DNA of 64,000 bases from Mobula hypostoma (taxonomy: Eukaryota), in NCBI RefSeq assembly GCF_963921235.1, contig NC_086097.1, positions 229,030,001 through 229,094,000 on the forward strand, given 5' to 3'. Below the pieces are notes generated by a model, which was given only the letters and a program-made list of their open reading frames with translations, had not been told where the DNA came from and did not search any database. This document shows, piece after piece, positions 13,449 to 25,069 of the stretch (its first letter is position 1; each line of letters begins with the position of its first letter). A program made the translations under genes and the position numbers.

Positions 13449-14802
13449 GTCCAGTCCTTATATACTTCCATCCCCCATCAGGAAGGTCTCAAAACTCTAC
13501 GCTTCTTTTTGGATTGCAGACCTAATCAGTTCCCCTCTACCACCACTCTGCTCCGTCTAGCGGAATTAGTCCTTACTCTTAATAATTTCTCCTTTGGCTC
13601 CTCCCACTTCCTCCAAATTAAAGGTGTAGCTATGGGCACCCGTATGGGTCCTAGCTATGCCTGCCTTTTTGTTGGGTTTGTGGAACAATCTATGTTCCGT
13701 GCCTATTCTGGTATCTGTCCCCCACTTTTCCTTAGCTATGTCGACGACTGCATTGGCGCTGCTTCCTGCATGCATGCAGAACTCGTTGACTTTATTAACT
13801 TTGCCTCTAACTTTCACCCTGCCCTCAAGTTTACCTGGTCCATTTCCGACACCTCCCTCCCCTTTCTAGATCTTTCTGTCTCTGTCTCTGTAGACAGCTT
13901 ATCCACTGATGTCTACTTTAAGCCTACTGACTCTCACAGCTATCTGGACTATTCCTCTTCTCACCCTGTCTCTTGCAAAAACGCCATCCCCTTCTCGCAA
14001 TTCCTCCGTCTCCGCCGCATCTGCTCTCAGGATGAGGCTTTTCATTCTAGGACGAGGGAGATGTCTTCCTTTTTTAAAGAAAGGGGCTTCCCTTCCTCCA
14101 CTATCAACTCTGCTCTTAAACGCATCTCCCCCATTTCACGTACATCTGCTCTCACTCCATCCTCCTGCCACCCCACTAGGAATAGGGTTCCCCTGGTCCT
14201 CATCTACCACCCCACCAGCCTCCGGGTCCAACATATTATTCTCCGTAACTTCCGCCACCTCCAACGGGATCCCACCACTAAGCACATCTTTCCCTCCCCC
14301 CCTCTCTGCATTCCGCAGGGATCACTCCCTACGCAACTCCCTTGCCCATTCGTCCTCCCCATCCCTCCCCACTGATCTCCCTCCTGGCACTTATCCGTGT
14401 AAGCGGAACAAGTGCTACACATGTCCTTACACTTCCTCCCTTACCACCATTCAGGGCCCCAAACAGTCCTTCCAGGTGAGGCAACACTTCACCTGTGAGT
14501 CGACTGGGGTGATATACTGCGTCCGGTGCTCCCGATGTGGCCTTTTATATATTGGCGAGACCTGATGCAGACTGGGAGACCGCTTTGCTGAACATCTACG
14601 CTCTGTCCGCCAGAGAAAGCAGGATCTCCCAGTGGCCACACATTTTAATTCCACATCCCATTCCCATTCTGACATGTCTATCCACGGCCTCCTCTACTGT
14701 AAAGATGAAGCCACACTCAGGTTGGAGGAACAACACCTTATATTCCGTCTGGGTAGCCTCCAACCTGATGGCATGAACATCGACTTCTCTAACTTCCGCT
14801 AA
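13449..14802 (+). pseudogene. PLE RT-GIY-YIG ORF with one frameshift and one premature stop
   Basis: The 13425-14375 frame shifts near the C-run at about 14295 into the 13909-14565 frame. TGA follows YIGET (likely CGA>TGA), then the frame reads on as ..RFAEHLRS..VATHFN..LEEQHLIFRLGSLQPDGMN to TAA at 14802. Confidence 0.9.
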
Positions 14803-15096
14803 GGCCCCACCTCCCCCTCGTACCCCATCTGTTACTCATTTTTATGCACACATTCTTTCTCTCACTCTCCTTTTTCTCCCTCTGTCCCTCTGAATATACC
14901 TCTTGCCCATCATCTGGGTCACCCCCCCCCTGTCTTTCTTTCCGGACCTCCTGTCCCATGATCCTCTCGTATCCCCTTTTGCCTATCACCTGTCCAGCTC
15001 TCGGCTCTATCCCTCCCCCTCCTGTCTTCTCCTATCATTTTGGATCTCCCCCTCCCCCTCGAAGTTTCAAATCCCTTACTCACTCTTCCTTCAGTT

Positions 15097-15132
15097 AGTC
15101 CTGACGAAGGGTCTCGGCCTGAAACGTCGACT
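15097..15132 (+). ncRNA. Minimal type I hammerhead ribozyme in PLE pLTR
   Basis: AGTC-CTGACGA-AGGGTCTCGGCCT-GAAA-CGTC^GACT: both core boxes, stem I AGUC/GACU, a stem II hairpin, palindromic ACGU stem III and a GUC cleavage triplet. Confidence 0.8.
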
Positions 15133-15239
15133 GCACCTCTTCCTACAGATGCTGCTTGGCCTGCTGCGTTCACCAGCAACCTTGATGTGTGTTGCTTGAA
15201 TTTCCAGCATCTGCAGAATTCCTGTTGTTTGAGAGGGAA

Positions 15240-17168
15240 GGTGGATGGCTTGCTAAGAAGAAGTGGGAACTATAGCAACTACAGGCCACAAGGAACAAAT
15301 GGGGTACTTGAGGAGCATGAGAAATGTAAAAGAACACTTAAGAAGGAAGTCAGAAGGGCTAAAAGAATGCATGAATTTGTCCTAGAAGACAAAGTCAAGG
15401 AGAATCCCTAGAGATTATACAGATATATTAAGGCAAAAGGATAGCAATGGACAAAATTGGTCCTCTGGAAGATCAGAGTGATCATCTATACATGGAGCTG
15501 AACGAGATGGTGAAGATCTTAAATGGACTTTTTGCATCCGAATTTACTCAAGAGACAGGCACAGAGTCTATAGAGTGAGGCAAAACAGCAGTGAGCTCAT
15601 GAACCGTATACAGATTACAGAGGAAGATGTGCTTACTGTCTTGAGGCAAATTAGGGTGGATAAATCCCCAGGACTTGACAAGGTGTTCCTTCAGATCTTC
15701 TGGGAGGATAATGCAGAAATTGCAGGGGCCCTAGCAGAGATATTTAAAACATTCTTAGCCACGGGTGAGGTGACAGAGATCTAGAGGATAGCTAATGTTG
15801 TTCCATTGTTTAAGAAAGTCTTGAAGAATAAGCTAGGAAATTATAGGCCAGTGAGCCTGACGTCAGTAGTGTGTAAGTTACTGGAAGGTATTCTGAGACA
15901 CCAGAGACATAAGTATTTGGATAGACAGGGACTGATTAGAGATAACCAACACAACTTTGTGTGTGGTAGGCCATGCCTAACGAATCGTATAGAGGTTTTT
16001 GAAGATGTTACCAGGGAAGTTGATGAAGGCAAGGCAGTGGATGTTGTCTACACGAGCTTTAGCAAGGCCTTTGATAAGGACCCGCATGGGAAATTGGTCA
16101 GGTAGGTTCAGTTGCTTGGCATTCAAGATGAGGTAGTAAATTTGATCAGACATTAGAGGAGAAGCCAGAGAGTGGTAGTAGATGGTTGCCTCTCTGAATG
16201 GAGGTCTGTGACTAGTGGTGTGCTGCAGGGAATGGTGCTGGTCCATTGTTGTTTGTCATTTATATCAATCATCTAGATAATAATGTGCAAATTTGCAGAT
16301 GACACCAAGGCTGGGGCGTAATGGACAGCGAGGAAGATTATCAGCACTTGCAGTGGGAACTGGACCGGCTGGAAAAATGGGCCATAAAATGGCAGATGGA
16401 CTTACACAGTGAGCAGTAGGATACTGCCAACTGTGATAGAACAGAGGAATTTGAGAATACAAGTTATTAATTCCTTGAAAATGGCGTCACAAGTAGATAG
16501 GATCGAAAAGACAGCTTTTGGCATATTGGTTTTCATAATTTAAAGTACTGAGTACAGGAGATTGGATGTTATGTTGAAGTTGTATAAGACATTGACAAGG
16601 CCTCATTTGGAGTATTGTGTGCAGTTCCAGTCACCTACCTATAGGAAGGATGTAAATAAGATTGAAAGAGTGCAGAGAAACTTCACAAAGAGGTTGCTAG
16701 TACTTGAGAACCTGAGCTTTAGGGAAAGGATGAATAGCTTAGGACTGTATTTCCAGAGTGGAGGAGAATGAGGGGAGATTTGATAGAGGTATATAAAAAT
16801 GAGGGGTACAATGAGGAGTATTTTCAGGGTAAATGGAAGCAGGTGCTTTCCACTAAGATTGAACGAAACTGGAGCTAGAGGTCATGAGTTAAGGGTGAAA
16901 GGTGAAATGTTTAAGGGAATCATGAGGAGGAACTTCTTCACCCGGGGGTGGTGAGAGTATGGAACGAGCTGCCAGTGGAAGTGGTGTACACAGGTTCAAT
17001 TTCAACATTTAAGAGAAATTTGAATAGATACGTGGATGGGGGGGGCGGTGGTAGAGGGCTTTGGCTCGAGTACAGGTTGATGGGACTTGGCAGATTAGTA
17101 GATCGGCAGGGATTCGATAGGCCAAAGGGCCTGTTTCTGTGCTCTACTGTTCTATGACCTTATGACCT
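15240..17168 (+). mobile_element. CR1 LINE ORF2 (RT) decayed copy
   Basis: DKSPGLD, NYRPVSLTSVVCKLLE, FSKAFDK, RPHLEYCVQF; (CTATGAC)-type tail. Confidence 0.9.
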
Positions 17169-17829
17169 TACTCAAGATTTCCAGCATCTGCAGACTCTCT
17201 TCTGTTTGACTGGCTTCTAATCACCCACTCACCACACTACTGGGGGCAAGGGGTCTCCATGCTTTTAGTTGTGGCTGACTCTTAGTCGCTAGTAACTGAG
17301 GCTCCAATGCTCCAATGGCATTTTGTTTTTATAACTCGAGGACACCGAGTGGCAGACTCCTCTGGCTGGAAAAGGCTCTGGGAAGGAACAAGGCTGGAGG
17401 TCGGGTCTGCAATGCCTGGGAGCACCGGACAACTGGAAAGGATGGGGATCTATACTACATGGCCTGAAAGTGAGACGAACCATCTCGGAACAAAGACACC
17501 AGAATTAAATCAGCATAGACTCCAACATAGGAGTCAAACTCTAACACCACGATCTCCCCACCAGTTGTCCTTTAAAGTACTGGCAGATGCAAAATATATT
17601 GTTAATTCCTACCGTCCATAACTGATGAATACAATAATCAGTAGGTAAAAATCATCCAATTCAAAACACAGGTGTCAGAACCGCATTCCAAATGAAGAGA
17701 CTGAACAACGAAACAGTATAATCTGACAAACTTTTCCTTAGTGTGCAAACAGCACTGTTCAAACCACTGATGCAAGATAAAGACTAGCTGTAGTCTTAGC
17801 ACATCCAGCTATATAGCAAAATGAGTCAT

Positions 17830-18390
17830 TTGCATCAAATCACGTCAGCGACGATTCAGCTGGGCAGCCACGCTTCCAGCACCAACACAGCATGCTCGCA
17901 ACTCACCGTAACCGCGCCTCTTTGGAACGCGGGAGGTGACCGAAGCACCCGGAGGAAACCCATGGGGTCAAGGGGAGCACGGGCAAACTCCTTACTGGCA
18001 AGCGGTGGGAATTGACCCCAATCTGGCATTATAAAACATTGTACAAATCGCCACTCTACCATACCGTCCAAACAGAACAAAGCTCAAAAATCAAACTAAT
18101 CACATATATAGCCAAAAGAAAAATGACCAGCTCAATTGTTATTTAGTTTTATTTTGAGATACAGTGCGGAACAGGCCTTTCTGGCTCTGTCAGCAGCGCC
18201 TACAATTTAACCCTCGCCTCATCACGGGTACGTCTTTGGACCGTGGGAGGAAACCAAAGCACCCGGAGGAAACACACGCGCACACAGGAAGGAACGAGCG
18301 AACTTGCTTACAGAAGACGCTGTCACTGAACTCTGAACCCCAACGCTCCGAGCTGCGATGGTGTCTCCCTAATCGCTACGCTACCGTGGC
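17830..18390 (-). mobile_element. Two adjacent V-SINE-like elements
   Basis: Antisense central domain (GGGAGGAAACC..AGCACCCGGAGGAAAC) occurs twice. Confidence 0.6.
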
Positions 18391-18904
18391 ATCCACAGGA
18401 AATAAAGCTTTACAGAATTATGAAGATACCTTCCAAATAAACACTCTAATTGGCATGGAGTCAGCCAATTAAAATTAATTAGTTATTAATTAATTAGTCA
18501 TTTATCAAATTAAACACTCAATATTCAAATAAGTATTTGCTCAATTGCCTGTATAAAACAAGGATAAGATTTGACTTGGAAAATATATCTTCTGGAGGGT
18601 GTACCTTTGAGGCTGGACTCACGATGAGACGGGAACAGTGCAGGATTCAACAGAGGGAGAAAATATCTAACACTGTTGAGAGTCTGGTGGGGTCAACAAG
18701 CCTTTTGTCAGGCAGTAGTCTTTGTAGCTATTACTGTCAGGTAAAAAGCTAGTCATTGGCAGGCCAACCCATGGACAGTGATTGATTGACTGCCTTTTAA
18801 TCATCGTTAATGTGTGCCCCAAACTCAAATGCAATTAATCATATAATATGCTAACTGCATATTAAGAAATACTTCAAAAAATATTAAAAGGCACATCGGA
18901 CTGT

Positions 18905-19040
18905 GGGCGGTGAACTTTGACCTTCTGCTAGGATGCTTGAGGCAAAAGGCATTAACAAGTCTTAGGCCTCTGATCACCTGGCCAACCTGCTTGTCACTGC
19001 CACTTCCTCTGACTACACCAGCGCGAACATGATATATTTA
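18905..19040 (+). promoter_or_regulatory. Putative promoter: GC box, perfect DR1 (HNF4/COUP-TF/RXR type), ETS core, TATA-like box
   Basis: GGGCGG 18905-18910; TGAACTTTGACCT 18911-18923; CACTTCCT at about 19001; TATATTTA 19033-19040; all in non-repetitive sequence. Confidence 0.4.
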
Positions 19041-19194
19041 CTGGCTGGAGGTGAGGTGAATGGTGATAATCCACTCAACACATCCCAGAGAAACAGAACT
19101 GCTCCCAAAGGGGATGTGGAGAGAAGCGAAGAAGAAGAAAAACACAAGTGGTTTGAAAGATGCAAGGAACTGGTGACATTCAGCAGAACCTGAG

Positions 19195-19247
19195 ATGAAA
19201 ACATCGCATATTCTGGGCATTTTGTGGACTACACTGCTGCAGCTCTG
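19195..19247 (+). CDS. Candidate first coding exon encoding signal-peptide-like MKTSHILGILWTTLLQL
   Basis: ATG, basic then hydrophobic stretch, ends at donor TG|GTAAGG (phase 2). No convincing downstream coding exon found. Confidence 0.25.
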
Positions 19248-19796
19248 GTAAGGACATGACGCTATCCAGTGACAACAATGTACTGTCAGGTAAAGTTGCA
19301 GCTCACAGCCAGGGGCCCCTTTTGTTTCAACGCGATTCCTGTTTTTATTTGCAAACCACAACAACTTACTCAAAATGTTTCAACAGGAAAATCCTACCTC
19401 CAGCACTCACCTACAGTAAAGCTAGCGTTGGTCTAAATGTCTGCAGTGTGAAAAAGTAACTCCCTTCCCTTTAATATCAGCATAGGCAAAAGGACCAATT
19501 TTATTACTAATTAGTGTCGTGTTCAACAGTGACTAAAACAATTAACCTTATTAATTATGCAATTATTCACAATTACCTTTTCTTTTAATTTGCATAATAG
19601 AACTACACTGTAGACTTTGTCCAAATGTGCACAAAAAGCTCATTTCAAGAGGCAAGATGATACCCTTAACGTTGAGTCCTACAGCAAGGAAACAGCCCTT
19701 TTGGACTAACTCGCCCAAGATGTACAGGATATCAGAGCTAGTGACATTTGTCTGCGTTCGACCCATATCCCTTTAAGCTTTTTCTATCCACGTAAC

Positions 19797-20270
19797 TGGG
19801 GTATCCAGGGAGGGGTAGCCCCTCTGGTTAAGAAGGGGCTTGTCGTGTCCATCCTGGGGCAGCTCACTCACCTTGGGTTCCCATCGGACACTCAGCTCTC
19901 ACCTGTGGCTCCAAGTAGCTGTTTGCACGTGACAGCAGCCACACCCCGGTACACTGCTTTGACAGGAGGGCTAGACCAGGTGAGGGTAGCCGGCGGCCTC
20001 ATACCCCTGTGAGATAAGGACATGTTTGTCCTAGCATACAAAGTCAGCTTCGGCTGTGCAACGCTCTGTGGAGAGCAAAGAGCGTGACGAGGAATAGGCA
20101 GAGTTATCCACTGCAGCCAAGGGAAACCTCAGATGTGATGCTTGTTCGTACCACTGGACCTGGACTTCTGAGGTCGAGAGAGTGGAACTGCCTCAGTGCA
20201 ATGGTCTTACAATTTTAAGAACTCTCCTGCACAGGTTTCCTGTCATTGTCAGAATCGACAGAAACCCAGC
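19797..20270 (+). mobile_element. GC-rich interspersed repeat resembling an RTE-type 5' UTR or non-autonomous derivative, inserted in a CR1 remnant
   Basis: Abrupt GC-rich block (GGAGGGGTAGCCCCTCTGGT..GGGGCTTGT) interrupting antisense CR1 sequence. Confidence 0.4.
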
Positions 20271-21828
20271 AGACACCAGATCGGTCTAAATGCCTTTTAA
20301 ACATCTTAATTGCACTGGCCTCTACTGTTTCCTCTGGCACCCCACTCTATATACCCATTACTACTTCTGTGAAAGGTGCTCCCCTCCCTAAATTTTCCCC
20401 TCACTTTAAATCTATGTCCTGAAGCGTTTAAGTTCCTCAATCCTGGGAAAAAGACTGGTGACCATCCACCGAATCAATGGTTCCACCTAATATCAGAGAA
20501 TGTATACAGTATACAACCTGAAATTGTTACTCTCCACAGACATCTACGAAACAGAAGAAAAACCCCAAAGAATGAATGACAGGGAAATGCTAGAACTCCA
20601 ACACCACCCCCCATCCCATGAACAAGCAGCAGCACAGCAACAACCCTCTCCCCCAGCAAAAAAAAAATCAGCCCCACCCGGTTTGCAAGCAATAGCAAAG
20701 TCCTGAAAGAGGCCATGATCTAGAGTCCATAAAAAGACACTGTTCACCCCAACAGTTCAACATACCACAGTGTCTCTCTCTCTCTCTCACACTCACTCAC
20801 TAACAAGGGAGAGAAGGTATCACTCTTGCCACAGAGAGAGCGTAGACCCATCACCCATCATAATTTTACATGACTCTACTAGGTCACCTTTCAGCCTCCC
20901 ATCCTCCAAGGAAATAAATCCCAGTCTACGGAGCCTCTCTTAATAACTCAAGCCCTCTAGTCTCGGTAACAATCTTGTGAATCTTTTCTACCCCCTTTCC
21001 AGCTTTAAGGCACTGGAGTGAAGCATAAAGGAGTTGTGGTAAAAACTTCCAATAGGAATCAAAAAGCAAGTTATCCACTGCACAAAGAAAAATGACTGTG
21101 GTCATTGGAAGTTGATCACCTCAGCTCCAGAGAATCACTGGTTAATGAGATAAATTCTTAGGCCCATTGTTTTTCAGCCGTCATCTCCTAGAAATGATCA
21201 GTAGAAGGGATAATGACTGATGACCACTCGATATTCAACTCCATGCAAAGCTCTGCAGAAAATGAAGCAGCCCATGCCGGGACGCGGGAAGACCTTGTCA
21301 ACATTCAGCTAAGGATTAGTTACAAGCCAAGTAAATGTTGTGACACAAAATTCCCAGACAAGGACTTCTTTAGCAAGAATGTCCCTCATACTCAATCACA
21401 TTCCTACTGCTGAGTCACCCATCATTAATGTCCTGGGATTCTCTAACTGAAACTGGATCGCTCACAAAGGCAGAAGCCCCAAGGTCAAGTCAGAGGTTGT
21501 GTGATCCCTCAAAGTCTTCCTACCATCTACGAGGGAGGAGTGGACTGGAAACCAATGCCTGACAATAAACATGATACCACCCAGACAAAGCAGCCCAGAT
21601 ATGAGGTCAGCAACACTTACCAAACTCATTACCTCTATCACCAAAGGCAGCAGATAAAAAGATTGAACACCACCTTCAATTCTCCCCTTGTCCTGACTTC
21701 GAAACATGTCTTCCGAATGCATTGCACAACTGATGGGCTACGATACGCTGGGTGCCAACTACCTTTCAATATCCATCAAAGTTGCTGGTGAACGCAGCAG
21801 GCCAGGCAGCATCTCTAGGAAGAGGTAC

Positions 21829-21864
21829 AGTCGACGTTTCGGGCCGAGACCCTTCGTCAGAACT
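21829..21864 (-). ncRNA. Minimal hammerhead ribozyme (antisense arm)
   Basis: Minus strand reads AGTT CTGACGA AGGGTCTCGGCCC GAAA CGTC GACT, with one G-U wobble in stem I. Confidence 0.7.
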
Positions 21865-21923
21865 AACTGAAGGAAGATCTAGTAAGAGATCTTGCAAATC
21901 TCTTACTAGCTCTTCCTTCAGTT

Positions 21924-21959
21924 AGTCCTGACGAAGGGTCTCGGCCCGAAACGTCGACT
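21924..21959 (+). ncRNA. Minimal hammerhead ribozyme (best-preserved copy)
   Basis: AGTC CTGACGA A GGGT CTCG GCCC GAAA CGTC GACT. Confidence 0.8.
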
Positions 21960-21979
21960 GTACCTCTTCCTAGAGATGT

Positions 21980-22364
21980 TCCGTGTGAGTAGCCTCCAAC
22001 CTGATGACATGAATATTGATTTCTCCTTCGGTAAACAAACTTACCCCTTCCCCTTCCTCTATTCCCCACTGTGACCTTTTACCTCTGCTCAGCTGCCTAC
22101 TACTTCCCCCTGCGTCCCTTCCTCCTTCCCTTTCTCCTATGGTCTACCCTCCTCTCCTACCATATTCCTTCTTCTCCAGTCCTGGACCTTTCCCACCCAC
22201 CTGGCTTCACCTTGCACCTTCCAGCTAGCCTCCTTCCCCTCCCCTCACCTTTTTATTCTAGCATCTTCTCCCTTCTTTCTCAGTCCTGAAGAAGGGCCTC
22301 GGCCCAAAGTGTCGACTGTCTATTCATTTCCATAGATCTGTCTGACTTGCTGAGTTCCTCCAGC

Positions 22365-22396
<32 letters not shown>

Positions 22397-22400
22397 GCAG
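21980..22400 (+). mobile_element. Older PLE 3' end/pLTR with degenerate hammerhead and expanded (TG)n
   Basis: SLQPDDMNID C-terminus, pyrimidine tract, CTGAAGAAGGG..GTCGACT, and (TG)n at 22367-22395. Confidence 0.75.
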
Positions 22401-23698
22401 CACACATCAATGCCTGGCTTTCCTATACAATGGAAGTATTCCAGGGAAATCAACTAGCAATTATACCTGCTGTTAATCCTTACTATGTACTGTTCAAATC
22501 CGCTAGAAATAAAACTCCTTAATTAGCTAATTATTTTCAATTATTTCAGTCAGTGTACTAAATTCCACAAATCAAGCCAGAAGTTACAAAATACTGTAGC
22601 ATGTACAGACAGTGTTCTTTTGACACTGAATAGCAACACAGAGTGTTTACACCTATTAAAGACACATCAATGTTGTATTTCCATATGGGCATTATATTTC
22701 AAAACCTAACATATCACTTATTGTGTGTACTAACTCTTTCTACATTTTAATTTCTAGTTATTTTTCACTTGCAGGACAGTACCTCATCATAAATGCTATT
22801 CTGATCCTGTAGAAGATACAGACAAATAGCTAAAGTGTAAATCTTTTGCCTGGGATGAGTGCCCCAAAGACATTCCCAACCAAAAGTCCCGCTGAGAGCT
22901 GACGAACTCCATCAGACACCTCAAATCAAGTGTCTGCCACCACCCACTCATGTTCTAAGGTTTGTATCTTAACCTCCCTACAACAAGGCATCTTTTCAAT
23001 GATAATGCCACCTTACTAATTTTGGTTGACAGGTTCATCAGTATTTTCCAACAAACAGCAGCAGACTCTGCCTGAAGTCATTCAAAACCTGGTGCACTTC
23101 CCATCTTAAATTTGCCCCAATGATTGCATCTGAATCAATTCCAAAATATACATACCTGCAAGCAATAAATGTACTATTTCTTTTTATCAATGGAACATAA
23201 GGGGGTTGGGTACAGATGATGTGGTTATTGAATCTAGTCGCAAAGCAAACCTAGGACTGGTTAGTTAAAAATTACATTCATTTCCACCTTTTTTCCTATC
23301 GGCAAAATCCCTCAGCTGAAAACTGCCAACAATACAGTGCAATTTGAAAGCAGATCTAAAACATTCACAGTTGTGGCAGCTCTAATGAAATTGGGGTTAA
23401 AGCGCATTATTGGAGAATAATGCGGTGAATTTCAGTCTTATTATTTCATTCTGTAGAGCCCCTAACCAAATTGGTACCATGTTGATACAGTCCCGAAAGG
23501 CGGCAATCATTCTATTCCCTCTCCTGGTTTTATAAACACAAAGACAACCAAGAGTAATAAATACAAGGATTTAGTGGAGATTCTAACAGAGGGCCTCAAT
23601 TACATATGTTTGACAAAAATGTATTTATTTATTGAGATACAGTGCAGAATAGGCCCTTCTGGCACTTCGACTCCAGCACCCAGCATTCTCTGATTTAA

Positions 23699-23792
23699 GC
23701 AACACACATAAAAGTTGCTGGTGAACGCAGCAGGCCAGGCAGCATCTCTAGGAAGAGGTGCAGTCGACGTTTCAGGCCGAGACCCTTCGTCA
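23699..23792 (-). mobile_element. 94-bp PLE pLTR/hammerhead piece inserted in a V-SINE
   Basis: Flanked by direct repeat GATTTAA (23692-23698 and 23793-23799). Confidence 0.8.
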
Positions 23793-24613
23793 GATTTAAT
23801 CCTAGCCTAATCACAGGAAAATTTACAATACCCTATTAACCTACCAACTGGTACACCTTTGAACTGTGGGAGGAAACCACAGCACCCGGAGGAAACCCAC
23901 ACAGTCAAGAGGAGAATGTATAAACTTCTTACAAGCAGCTGCAGGAACTGAATCTGGGTTGCTGGTATTGTAAAGTGATGTGCTAACCATTATACCACTG
24001 TGTCTGGAGAGACAATATCTAAACAAAATACATAATTAACTCGAATCTATAAGCAGAAAAAAACACAGCAATTACCTTTCAAAATGAGGGCATTGTATTG
24101 GATAGATTATAAAATTTTGATCAAATTATTAATTCTTCAAAATCTTAAGTGCAAACTTTAGGTCTATGGAATGATTTGCTACAGGAGGATGAGGCAATCT
24201 GGTCATTATCTTTTCGGGAAATTGTTGGCAGGTTCAGAGCTCTGGAGAAATAGTAGAGCCACAGGATTAGCCTTGGATACCACACAGGCCCAGTGGCATC
24301 TTACCGCACTGTAATGTTCAGCAATCCAATGGAGGGAGGCGGGAAAAAAGAGAACAGCATGGTGGCTCACAAGTCCTATAGGTAAGCATGATAAAATAAC
24401 TTGCAATCAACAATCCAAGTCTATTTATTGGACGAAGGCAAAGCGTGGGAAAGGAAACTGAAAATTACTGGCCCAGGTTTTGCATCTATGAAGGTAGAAC
24501 ATTCAGAGCAGACTGCACACACTGACATCTGCAAAGATCTAGCACTGCCTGTGATGCCAATCTACCCATCTCCAACATTGGTTTCTCTCAGGATTCACTC
24601 AGCCAGTCTAACT

Positions 24614-24690
24614 CAGGGGGTCCCATCCTGGGATCCACGGACCCCTCAGTAAATGGTAGGGGTCGATGGCATAAAACAGGTTGGGAACCC
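24614..24690. mobile_element. hAT (Charlie-type) MITE
   Basis: CAGGGGGTCCCATCCTG ... CAGGTTGGGAACCC TIRs; 8-bp TSD GTCTAACT/GTCTAACA. Confidence 0.75.
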
Positions 24691-25069
24691 GTCTAACAGC
24701 TCTCATGTTATCAAACTGGGTAAGCAGCCAAGCAATTGAAGCATTGTAACAGACAGCACACCAGGTAGAAAGAACATATTTTCTTGCTGTTTAAGCATTT
24801 TACAGTGCTAAATAATGAGTGGAACAGAGATATGATCCAGTTGGAGGCAGAAATATGTAATAAATGTCTCATTCTATCCAAATATCCATCTAGTCAATAC
24901 CTCCAGATGCTGTAAATATGAGACATAAACAGAAAATATTGGAAGTACCAGTTGATTAGCAGTGTTTGTGAAACAATCCATTAATTTCTCTTTGTAACTC
25001 TGATACAAACTAATAATTTTAACTAAGGTATAGAAACCCACAATGTATCTGTCAGGGGGATAGTATAAC

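Larger units (their letters stand above)
13449..15230 (+). mobile_element. Penelope-like retroelement (Neptune-type), 5'-truncated, with 3' pLTR
   Basis: RT motifs SLYTSIPH, GVAMG, YVDD; Cys linker CKRNKCYTC; GIY-YIG endonuclease (GVIYCVRCSRCGLLYIGET); pyrimidine-rich 3' repeat. Confidence 0.95.
21810..21978. repeat. ~80-bp inverted repeat of PLE pLTR with a hammerhead in each arm
   Basis: Arms 21810-21890 and 21898-21978 are near-perfect reverse complements with a short spacer. Confidence 0.9.

Noticed and set aside
13425..14375. 316-aa ORF as a host telomerase-like gene
   Set aside because: It is the RT of a truncated Penelope element, with a linked GIY-YIG domain and pLTR.
19900..19990. 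HDV-like ribozyme in the RTE-like 5' block
   Set aside because: I could not fit P1/P3/P1.1/P4 into the available spacing by eye.
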